Below are positions 16,117 to 24,346 of a stretch of DNA of 62,020 bases, one piece after another. The notes under the pieces are model-generated. The model ran no database searches. It was not told where the DNA came from and saw nothing but the letters and a program-made list of their open reading frames with translations. Position 1 is the first letter of the stretch; every line of letters begins with the position of its first letter. Source of the stretch: Bacillales bacterium (GTDB taxonomy: Bacteria > Bacillota_I > Bacilli_A > RFN20 > CAG-826); NCBI GenBank assembly GCA_028723545.1, contig JAQYER010000036.1, positions 1-62,020 of the forward strand, given 5' to 3'. The translations under genes and the position numbers were made by a program.

Positions 16117-18069
16117 TTAAATTAATCTCACCTTAAAATTAATATCGGTAACTCCGATAACATTATTATCAATATTAAAATGAATTTGATCGCCAACATT
16201 CCTTTTTTCATTAGGCTCAAATATCAAAATATCTTCATTATTAACATTAACGATATAATATGTTTCATTTCCATAATCGATTATATTTTTAATTTCACCG
16301 GCAAATAATCCATCTTCGCTAATTTTTATATCGTGTGAATTAATTGAAAATTTGATTTGATGTAATTCAAATTTCTTTCCTAACAAATTATATATTTTCA
16401 CTATTGAAGAATTGTTTGGAGTAATTTCTTTACCTAATAATAAATAATTGAATACTTTAATATTTGAATTTTTAATTTTAATTTTCTTTCCACTAGAGTC
16501 TTTAAAATTATTTGACGATAATCTTTCATACATTTCTGGTTCAACTAAATTTTTATCAAGTACTGGAAGAACCATTTTATGAGGAACTAATTTTCCATCA
16601 ATTTCATTGTATTTATTCAAACAATCAATAACTAATTGTCCATTTTCATCAAATATTTTTAAAGAAGGAATTGATAATGAAAATTCAAAATAATCCCCAT
16701 CAATATATTGTTCTTGAGAATAGAATAAATATTCATCTTTGTGTTTTAATTTAAAAACCCATCTATTATTGATTTTTTCTTTATTAACTATTTTAATTTT
16801 AAAATCTGTTCCTTTAATTATTGAATCATTATTAATAGATACATAATAATTAACACCATTTAATTTATCTAATATGAATGAAGGAATACTTAATTTATGT
16901 CCTAAAATGGATAATTTATCTTTATTTAATGTTGCTCTAACAGTCATTGTTTGAGGAATTCGAGGAAGAATCGTATTTGTTGACTCTTTCAAAAATAAAT
17001 GCATTTTTGATAAATCTAGTTTTACATAAATCTTTTGTCCTAATGTAAAATTATCGTTACGTAAAGTGCGGATTGTAATTCTTGTTTTATCCACTACTGA
17101 TTCAACAATTAAGTTACATTCATTTCCTAAAGCTTCAATAACACTAATCTCGCATTCAAAAGCATTTTTATCATTTGGCTTACATAAAACAACGTGCTCT
17201 GGTCTAATTCCAACAACAACTGGTTTTTTATTGATTATATTAATAATATCGATGCGAGAAATATCATCAACTGAACACACTATTTTATTAAATGAAGAAG
17301 TAATTGAAACATCTTTTCCTTCATAATCCATCTTAGCGTCAAAAAAGTTCATTTGAGGAGTTCCAATAAATCCTGCAACAAATTCATTAACAGGATAATC
17401 ATATAAATTCATTGGTGAATCAACTTGTTGAATAACCCCAAGTTTCATAACAACAATTTTTGTTCCCATGGTCATCGCTTCAATTTGGTCATGAGTAACG
17501 TAAATAAATGTAGTGCCTAAAACATGATGTAAACGAGTGATTTCACTTCTCATTGAGCTTCGCAATTTAGCGTCCAAATTTGATAATGGCTCATCAAGTA
17601 AAAATACTTTTGGCTTTCGAACAATCGCTCTACCTAACGCCACACGTTGACGTTGGCCACCAGACATGGCTTTTGGTTTTTTATTCAATTGGTTTTCAAT
17701 ATCTAAAATACGTGACGCTTCATGGACTCTTCGATCAATTTCGTCTTTAGGAACATGTCGAATCTTTAATCCAAAGGCCATATTGTCATAAACAGTCATA
17801 TGAGGATATAAAGCATAGTTTTGGAACACCATCGCCATATCGCGGTCTTTTGGTTCTAAACTATTTGATAAAATTCCATCAATATAGAAATCACCAGCGG
17901 TAATATCTTCAAGCCCTGCAATCATTCGTAGTGTTGTCGATTTACCACATCCAGAAGGACCAACAAAAACAATGAATTCATTATCACCAATTTCTAAATT
18001 AAAATCATCGACAGCCTTTGTGCCGTTGTCATAAATCTTATAAATGTGTTTTAGTGATAAATTCGCCAT
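16117..18069 (-). CDS. MsmK/MalK-type sugar ABC ATPase with ~280-aa C-terminal extension
   Basis: Walker [10 protein letters not shown], signature LSGGQRQR, Walker B FLLDEPLS and H-loop. The regulatory TOBE region ends near aa 370, but the ORF continues to 650 aa. Confidence 0.9.
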   Translation of the reverse strand: MANLSLKHIYKIYDNGTKAVDDFNLEIGDNEFIVFVGPSGCGKSTTLRMIAGLEDITAGDFYIDGILSNSLEPKDRDMAMVFQNYALYPHMTVYDNMAFGLKIRHVPKDEIDRRVHEASRILDIENQLNKKPKAMSGGQRQRVALGRAIVRKPKVFLLDEPLSNLDAKLRSSMRSEITRLHHVLGTTFIYVTHDQIEAMTMGTKIVVMKLGVIQQVDSPMNLYDYPVNEFVAGFIGTPQMNFFDAKMDYEGKDVSITSSFNKIVCSVDDISRIDIINIINKKPVVVGIRPEHVVLCKPNDKNAFECEISVIEALGNECNLIVESVVDKTRITIRTLRNDNFTLGQKIYVKLDLSKMHLFLKESTNTILPRIPQTMTVRATLNKDKLSILGHKLSIPSFILDKLNGVNYYVSINNDSIIKGTDFKIKIVNKEKINNRWVFKLKHKDEYLFYSQEQYIDGDYFEFSLSIPSLKIFDENGQLVIDCLNKYNEIDGKLVPHKMVLPVLDKNLVEPEMYERLSSNNFKDSSGKKIKIKNSNIKVFNYLLLGKEITPNNSSIVKIYNLLGKKFELHQIKFSINSHDIKISEDGLFAGEIKNIIDYGNETYYIVNVNNEDILIFEPNEKRNVGDQIHFNIDNNVIGVTDINFKVRLI

Positions 18070-18082
18070 AAAAACCTCTTCT

Positions 18083-18100
18083 AACTAAATCGTTTTAGTT
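18083..18100. promoter_or_regulatory. LacI-type palindromic operator AACTAAATCGTTTTAGTT
   Basis: 16 of 18 positions are palindromic around a central CG. It lies between the predicted -10 box and the SD of the first gene of locus A. A near-identical site is at 20016-20037. Confidence 0.55.
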
Positions 18101-18107
18101 AACTTTA

Positions 18108-18135
18108 ATTATAAATAATTATTTTTGTATTTCAA
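18108..18135 (-). promoter_or_regulatory. sigma-A-type promoter of locus A (TTGAAA, 16 nt, TATAAT)
   Basis: The minus strand reads TTGAAA (complement of 18130-18135), a 16-nt spacer, then TATAAT (complement of 18108-18113). The operator starts 7 nt downstream. Confidence 0.55.
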
Positions 18136-18228
18136 TATAGGGAAGATATTTTTTTATTTTACTATGTAAAATAATTAATTCATTTTTTGACCAAATCTTT
18201 TATTTTCTTTATTTTGATACCATTTTTC

Positions 18229-18262
18229 AAAAAAATAAAGCACAGAAATTAATCCGTGCTTT
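18229..18262 (-). terminator. rho-independent terminator of the 18299-19915 gene
   Basis: Stem aaagcac(a)g/c(c)gtgcttt at 18237-18262, followed on the minus strand by ATTTTTTT. Confidence 0.6.
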
Positions 18263-18298
18263 AAATTCTTATATAAAACTAATTCGATTATTAATTAA

Positions 18299-19915
18299 TT
18301 ATTTTTCTTTTTTTGTTTTAATAACAAGTGAAGTAACAAGTAATGATGAAATAGTTAATATACAAATAATTGTAATTAATGAATTAGAAGATTCTGCTAC
18401 ATTGACAATTTGGCGAAGATTCAATTGAGCAGAAATTCCTTTTGTCATAAAGTCTTCATATCCATATTTCATAACAAGGTATTCATATCTTGCAATTGCT
18501 TGTTCGATTGCGTCACCTTCAACATTAGATTTTGCACTTCTAAGATAATCTTTTTCGGTATCAGATAATGCATTGAATGCTTCTTTAAATGAAGACCATG
18601 ATTTTCCTTCTGCAAATGTTGGAGCGTTAACTCCACTTGCATCACATGTCATAGACGCTAAGAAATCATCTGCAAATAAGAATGATGCTTCATGATAATA
18701 TCCAGGTTCAATACTAGCAGTACATCCTCCAGATGTCCATGGCACTACAAACTTTTCAGTCATTGTTCTTGTCCACCATTGACCAGCAAATTGTGGATTA
18801 TCTGTTCCGAAATCACCGATAACTAAATTACCATTGGCAGCAAATTGAATATCGATTTGGTTAACATTAGTAATATGGAATGATTCACTTTCAGGCGCAA
18901 ATGATGAGCTTGGGAAATAAATAAATCCATCGTAGCCGGCAGGAAGTTCAAAATAACCAACATCATTGATTGAATAATCGGAAATATCTAATCCATTTGA
19001 ACTAATACGATAATAAGTAGAGTTTGCTTTTAAAGGGGCACTGCCTTGCCACCAGTCAGATGCTAATACGAATTTTGGCCAGCAACTTGCAGTTCCATCA
19101 TTTCTAATTCTCATCCATAAACCTGATGTGGCATTAATAAAGTATCCAAATTGGAAATCTGCTCCAGCATAATCAGTTGTTTGTAAACGAACACCACCGA
19201 GAAGATTTCCACTTGGTGAACAAACACGAGTTGCACTTAATTGTTCAACGCTTTGATATGCAGTAGATCCGCCTTGATTGATAAATATTGAACTAAAATC
19301 ACTAGCAGCGATTTCTGATGTATCAACAACTGTTTTTTGATCAGTGAAGATATCACCAATAGCAAAATTAGCGTATGCATCATGTTTGCCGCTATATTCA
19401 ACATAAATTCTCCATATTGAACTAGGATTAAATTCATTATCTCCGCCTTCAATTTTGGTCATTTGTGAAGTGTAGTTCATATAAACATAACCATCAAACC
19501 AAGCAGGTAACATTAAATAGTTTCCAAAATCTCTTGGGGCGCATCCATATACTTCAACACCATTAACATCATAATATGTTTGCTTTACATCTTTAGTTGG
19601 AGCAATAATTGCGGTATTTGTTGAATTAATTTTAAATGTAATAGGCGTATTAGTGCCGGTATAGTTACGCATTCTAACATAAATTCCGGTACCAGAATAA
19701 TCACCATTATTGTTATTGGCATTAATTTCAGTAATATTACCAACATCTGAATCGCGGGCAGATGTAGCGTAAATATGAGCGCCACCTAAATAATCGTGAT
19801 TAAATGCTGCTTCAGCTTTGGTTTCTATAGCGACATCATTTCCTAATGATAAAGCAAGACCACCACACGCTAAAGCGCAAATAGCTGTAAATAAAAGACG
19901 ATTTAATTTTTTCAT
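18299..19915 (-). CDS. 538-aa surface protein, paralog of the 848-aa repeat protein, with C-terminal TM anchor
   Basis: Signal peptide. The block TEINAN..(D/Y)SGTGIY(L/V)RM(K/R)NYTGT.TP.TFKINSTN...FNPSSIWRIY(I/V)E(F/Y)SG is shared with the 7947-10493 product. It ends LITIICILTISSLLVTSLVIKTKKEK. Confidence 0.7.
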   Translation of the reverse strand: MKKLNRLLFTAICALACGGLALSLGNDVAIETKAEAAFNHDYLGGAHIYATSARDSDVGNITEINANNNNGDYSGTGIYVRMRNYTGTNTPITFKINSTNTAIIAPTKDVKQTYYDVNGVEVYGCAPRDFGNYLMLPAWFDGYVYMNYTSQMTKIEGGDNEFNPSSIWRIYVEYSGKHDAYANFAIGDIFTDQKTVVDTSEIAASDFSSIFINQGGSTAYQSVEQLSATRVCSPSGNLLGGVRLQTTDYAGADFQFGYFINATSGLWMRIRNDGTASCWPKFVLASDWWQGSAPLKANSTYYRISSNGLDISDYSINDVGYFELPAGYDGFIYFPSSSFAPESESFHITNVNQIDIQFAANGNLVIGDFGTDNPQFAGQWWTRTMTEKFVVPWTSGGCTASIEPGYYHEASFLFADDFLASMTCDASGVNAPTFAEGKSWSSFKEAFNALSDTEKDYLRSAKSNVEGDAIEQAIARYEYLVMKYGYEDFMTKGISAQLNLRQIVNVAESSNSLITIICILTISSLLVTSLVIKTKKEK

Positions 19916-20015
19916 AAAAAACCTCCAAAAATATTTTTTGATAACTTTATTTTATAAACATAAAAAATTTTTATCAAATACTAAAAAAATAAAGTATTTA
20001 TTATATAAATAAATT

Positions 20016-20037
20016 ATTACTAAAACATTTTAGTAAT
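20016..20037. promoter_or_regulatory. palindromic operator ATTACTAAAACATTTTAGTAAT (same core as 18083-18100)
   Basis: Perfect 10-nt arms with a 2-nt centre. The ACTAAAWC|RTTTTAGT core is shared with the locus A operator. It lies ~100 nt upstream of the 538-aa gene start. Confidence 0.5.
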
Positions 20038-20083
20038 TCGATTTTGTTTTTTATGACAAGTTTTTATTATTTAAATATTAATT

Positions 20084-21025
20084 TTACAATTTTATTGTTT
20101 CTAAAGGTTTGTTTTCTTTAATAAATTGTTCAACTTCTTCTTTGTGATGAAGAGATGGTATTGCCCCTTTAACTTGGACAGTTAATGCCCCCATTGCATT
20201 TCCATATTTAACAGCATCTTCAATTGAACATCCTTCGCTTAATGAATACGCAAAAGCGCCAATAAAGCTATCTCCTGCCGCAACAGTGTCAATCGCATCT
20301 ACATGATATGAAGATACAATTCTTGCTCCATTTTCATCAAAAATAAACGCTCCTTTTGAGCCTAGTGTTGTGACAACATGTTTAACACCTTTATCAAATA
20401 ACGCTTTTGCGGCGATTTTTATTTGATTGATATCAGATGTATCTAAATTAGAAATAAGCGCTAATTCGGTTTCATTTGGCATTAAATAATCTAAATTTTT
20501 CAATATATAATCAGGTAATTTAATAGCAGGGGCTGGATTTAAAATAACTTTGACATTATTTTGTTTACAATATTCAATGACTTTAAATGTTGTTTCGATA
20601 TCCATTTCTAATTGACAAATCACATAATCACTATCTTTTAAAACTGGTTTAACTTTTTCAAATTGTTCATCTAAAAATTCATGATTCGCGCATGGAATAA
20701 CACAGATTCTATTTTGACCATTTTTATTGATTTGGATTTGAGCTGTTCCAGTGCAATTTTTATCAGTTACAAAAACATTTGATACATCAATATTTTCTTT
20801 TTTAAATAAATCGATAAATTTTTGACCATTCGCATCATTTCCAACCATTCCAATCATTCTAACATCGGCGTTTTGTCTTGCTAAAGCAATGCATTGATTT
20901 GCGCCTTTACCGCCTAAAAAGATTTGTAATGATTTACCCACTACTGTTTCACCTGCTTCAGGATAACGATCCATTGAAGCAACATTATCGACCATAAATG
21001 ATCCAAATACTGTTATTTTCTTCAT
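20084..21025 (-). CDS. ribokinase-family (PfkB) sugar kinase; specificity not determinable (ribose or possibly D-arabinose)
   Basis: 313 aa with GGKGANQCIALA and DTVAAGDSFIGAF motifs and clear similarity to RbsK. It is the last gene of locus B. Confidence 0.75.
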   Translation of the reverse strand: MKKITVFGSFMVDNVASMDRYPEAGETVVGKSLQIFLGGKGANQCIALARQNADVRMIGMVGNDANGQKFIDLFKKENIDVSNVFVTDKNCTGTAQIQINKNGQNRICVIPCANHEFLDEQFEKVKPVLKDSDYVICQLEMDIETTFKVIEYCKQNNVKVILNPAPAIKLPDYILKNLDYLMPNETELALISNLDTSDINQIKIAAKALFDKGVKHVVTTLGSKGAFIFDENGARIVSSYHVDAIDTVAAGDSFIGAFAYSLSEGCSIEDAVKYGNAMGALTVQVKGAIPSLHHKEEVEQFIKENKPLETIKL

Positions 21026-21076
21026 AATATAACCCTAAAATTATAATAATATGTTAGTAAATAATTTTTGTTTCAA

Positions 21077-21679
21077 TTATTTATTGTTTTGTTGTTTTCT
21101 TAATGATTCACCTAACGCTCCATTAGGATGGAAATTATAAAAATCATCTTTGGTGAAATTGTTTGATTTAGATATTGCACACGCGATTGCGTCACCTAAC
21201 ACTAAACACATTGTCGAAGAATTAGTTGGAGCTAAATTTAAATGATCAGCTTCTTTTAATTTAGGATAAATAATTTTGTAGTCACATTCTAAAGCTAATT
21301 TTGAATTAGGATTTGATGTAAAAGCGATTGTGGCTGCTCCAATTTTTTTAATTGGTTCGAGGTTTTGTGTAACTTCTTTAGTTGTTCCACTATTAGACAT
21401 TAAAATGACAATATCTTTCTTTTCAATCATTCCTAAATCACCATGACAAGCTTCAGTTCCGTGAACAAAAAATGATGGCGTGCCAGTCGATGAAAATGTC
21501 GCAGCGAGTTTTTTACATACATGTCCTGATTTGCCAACTCCTAAAAAGATTATTTTTCCTTGGCAATTATTAATTAATTGACAAATATTCTCTAAATTAT
21601 CGTAATCGAGACTTCTTTCCATTTCCTCGATTGCGTTTCTTTCACTAATAATTGCTTCTTTAATTCCATCTTTAAACAT
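21077..21679 (-). CDS. single-domain (SIS only, no CBS pair) D-arabinose-5-phosphate isomerase, KdsD/GutQ/KpsF-like
   Basis: GVGKSGHVCKKLAATFSSTGTPSFFVHGTEACHGDLGMI..D.VILMSNSGTTKE follows the KdsD/GutQ SIS core almost residue for residue. About 200 aa. Start at ATG 21677-21679, preceded by a GAGGTGG SD. Confidence 0.75.
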   Translation of the reverse strand: MFKDGIKEAIISERNAIEEMERSLDYDNLENICQLINNCQGKIIFLGVGKSGHVCKKLAATFSSTGTPSFFVHGTEACHGDLGMIEKKDIVILMSNSGTTKEVTQNLEPIKKIGAATIAFTSNPNSKLALECDYKIIYPKLKEADHLNLAPTNSSTMCLVLGDAIACAISKSNNFTKDDFYNFHPNGALGESLRKQQNNK

Positions 21680-21692
21680 AAGACCACCTCTT

Positions 21693-22913
21693 TTATTTAA
21701 ATTCAATTTCGATTAATGAAGTGTTATATATTGGAGACCATTGAGATACTTGCATAAAGATCTTTTTTCCATCATATAACGACATCTTTGGATGAATAAA
21801 CCCGCCATAATGAGATACAACTTCATTATGGGTTAATACTTTAATTTTCTCATCAAAGGACGAAGTTAATTCATCACATAAATGAATATTTAATTGGTTT
21901 CCATCAATATTAGTAAGCATCCATTTATGCAAATATTTATTATACATTATTGATGGCTCTGATACATTTCCAATTAATAAATAATATGGTTTTAATTTAA
22001 TTCCTTCATTAAATTTAGCCCATTTATTTTTACCTACGCATAATTCATATTCATTTTTATTTTCAAATTGTTCTTTTTTAACGCGTAATAAAGATAAATT
22101 CCCAACTCTTCCACCAGGGATAGAAACAAAATAAATATGTTTATCATCAAATGGGTTTTCGAATGGAAATATTTGTCCAAAACGATTATCCTCTATTTCT
22201 TCAAAGTTCAATGAATCCACTTTGACAAAGTGCTCTAAATCATCTTTTTTGGCTTTATAGCATTGATTATTTGTTACATGCCATTTGCCAGCTTCACCCC
22301 AATATCGAACAGACATGATAAATATATATACATACCCATTTAAATATATTCCACCAGTTGGAATACAAGATACTTCTTTATTAAGAGATATATCTAAATT
22401 CTTTTCGTCATTTCGGTGATGTTTTCCTTGTCTTATTGGTTTAATGATTCCGTTTTCGTCAGTAATGATTTCATTGAATTTAAGACCATTAAGATATGAT
22501 TTTGTGTTACTTCTAGCAATAAAATTTGAATTCCATAACCCATCATTACAATCTATTCCAGAAAATGTATCTCCATATAAATAAATCATTGAATCGTTTA
22601 AATCAACTGGGATGCCAAGATCAGTCGCTCCCGCTTTCGCGTTCACTAGCAAATTACAATTAATAGAATCTCTTCCAGTAACAAAACCAATATTGTGTAC
22701 ATATTCAATTTTATCATCTAAAGAAAAACTTCCTTCAGGAGGTAAAGCAACATATAACACAACAACATTTGGTTCTTTTGTTTCGTATGAAAAAACGTGA
22801 TTTACTAAAGCTTTATTCGTTTTGACATATTTAATTTCGATTTCATATTCGTATAAACGTTTTTTTGCTTCTTCAAGCGAATTATATAAAACATTTGGAA
22901 CAGGTGTAATCAT
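21693..22913 (-). CDS. DUF4185 (GH183-like) protein, cytoplasmic, with PASTA-like N-terminal module
   Basis: No signal peptide. Motifs GATDLGIP..L.D..IYLYGDTFSG......LWNSNF.A, KIPTGGI..NG.VYIF.MS.RYWG..G.W.V and SIPGGR are shared with the 22979-24322 product. Confidence 0.6.
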   Translation of the reverse strand: MITPVPNVLYNSLEEAKKRLYEYEIEIKYVKTNKALVNHVFSYETKEPNVVVLYVALPPEGSFSLDDKIEYVHNIGFVTGRDSINCNLLVNAKAGATDLGIPVDLNDSMIYLYGDTFSGIDCNDGLWNSNFIARSNTKSYLNGLKFNEIITDENGIIKPIRQGKHHRNDEKNLDISLNKEVSCIPTGGIYLNGYVYIFIMSVRYWGEAGKWHVTNNQCYKAKKDDLEHFVKVDSLNFEEIEDNRFGQIFPFENPFDDKHIYFVSIPGGRVGNLSLLRVKKEQFENKNEYELCVGKNKWAKFNEGIKLKPYYLLIGNVSEPSIMYNKYLHKWMLTNIDGNQLNIHLCDELTSSFDEKIKVLTHNEVVSHYGGFIHPKMSLYDGKKIFMQVSQWSPIYNTSLIEIEFK

Positions 22914-22944
22914 ATTTACTCCTCTACAATTTGAAAATATAAAT

Positions 22945-22968
22945 TAGAGAGTGTGTCGCCACACCCTC
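22945..22968 (-). terminator. GC-containing hairpin between the two DUF4185 genes (partial terminator or attenuator)
   Basis: agag(a)gtgtg-tcgc-cacac(c)ctct, a 10-bp stem with one mismatch, followed by only a modest T-rich tail on the minus strand. Confidence 0.35.
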
Positions 22969-22978
22969 TAATATCATG

Positions 22979-24322
22979 TTATTTAAGTACAACTTCAACT
23001 AAATAAGTGTTATAAATCGGAGTCCATCTAGATAATTGAATATACATTCTTTGTCCATCACTATCCATGAACTTAGAGTGAACAAATCCCCCATATAATC
23101 CAGGGAAATCACTTGAACTAACGACTGGATAAGTTTCATTATATGGACCACAAACATTATCAGCTACTCCAAAGACAATATTTGATCCTTTTAATGTCGC
23201 GAATACATATTTATCTAAATATTCACTGTACACAATTGATGGTTCAGATACTCCAGGAGACATAATAAAATATGGATTATCATTTAATTTTTTCATTCCA
23301 TCATCACCTTTAGTCCAGGTGTTCTTGCTTGTTAAATATTCATATTCATCGCGATTTTCAAATTTGTCTTTATCGACTCTAAACATAACCGCTCCATTAT
23401 TTCTTCCACCAGGAATTGATGTGAAGTAGATATGTTCATTATCTTTTGGATCATTAAATGGATAAATTTGACCAGCATAATATAACTCATCTTCATTCCA
23501 TCTTAACGATTCGACATTTGACCATGATTTATAGGTTGAATCATCAGCTTTTAAACATTGGTTATAAGTGACTCTCCAGTCACCTCCAACTCCCCAATAA
23601 CGGATTGACATATAGAAAATATAAACATCATTTCCAATGCTAATTCCACCAGTAGGGATTTTTGTTACTTCGACTGATTTATCAGTTTCATTTCCGCCTT
23701 GATGCGCTCCTTGAGCAAATGGAAGAATCATTCCATTTGCATCGTTAGTTACTAATTCATCAAATTGTAATCCATCTGTTAAATCTTCATCACTAGTAAT
23801 TGCCATAAAGTTTGAATTCCAAAATCCAGACATCGGTGCACTTGAAAAAGTGTCACCATATAAAAGCATTGTTCTTCCATCTGGAAGTTCAAATGGAATT
23901 CCTAAATCAGTACCGCCTTGTCCAGCATTGGTACACAATTCCTCGTTAGTCGAATCTCGACCGGTAATTCTGTCTAATTCAGTAATGTAATTAACAATAT
24001 TACTATCGGATAACGCTATTGATTTATCTAAACGCGCTGCAACATTAACAGCGATTCTAGATCCTTTTTCAACAACATCCCCAACATTATTATTACGATA
24101 TCCTAAAATTCTTCCTTCAATTAACTCTGAAGTTTGAACTTCGATTGGGTCAATATAAATATTTGCACCAAGTAATAATTTTGCTTCACTAGTCGTTAAA
24201 TTGTGAATTTCAGGGAGTGTATATCCGTTTACAATAGTGACGGAGCTGGATTGGTTACATCCAGCTACGCCAAAACAAACTGAAGTCAATAACGCGCCGA
24301 TTAAATATAATTTATTTTTCAT
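22979..24322 (-). CDS. DUF4185 (GH183-like) lipoprotein with PASTA-like N-terminal module
   Basis: Lipobox VAGC. PASTA-like segment YTLPEIHNLTTSEAKLLLG...GRILGY....VGDVVEKGSRIAVNV, followed by GGTDLGIPFELPDGRTMLLYGDTFS...FWNSNFMA. Confidence 0.6.
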   Translation of the reverse strand: MKNKLYLIGALLTSVCFGVAGCNQSSSVTIVNGYTLPEIHNLTTSEAKLLLGANIYIDPIEVQTSELIEGRILGYRNNNVGDVVEKGSRIAVNVAARLDKSIALSDSNIVNYITELDRITGRDSTNEELCTNAGQGGTDLGIPFELPDGRTMLLYGDTFSSAPMSGFWNSNFMAITSDEDLTDGLQFDELVTNDANGMILPFAQGAHQGGNETDKSVEVTKIPTGGISIGNDVYIFYMSIRYWGVGGDWRVTYNQCLKADDSTYKSWSNVESLRWNEDELYYAGQIYPFNDPKDNEHIYFTSIPGGRNNGAVMFRVDKDKFENRDEYEYLTSKNTWTKGDDGMKKLNDNPYFIMSPGVSEPSIVYSEYLDKYVFATLKGSNIVFGVADNVCGPYNETYPVVSSSDFPGLYGGFVHSKFMDSDGQRMYIQLSRWTPIYNTYLVEVVLK

Positions 24323-24346
24323 ATATTTTGACGCTTTCTTATTTAA

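Noticed and set aside
20016-20037. The 22-nt palindrome read as a terminator for the kinase gene
   Set aside because: The stem would be pure A/T with a 2-nt loop and no T-run. Its sequence identity to the 18083-18100 operator core favours a protein-binding site.
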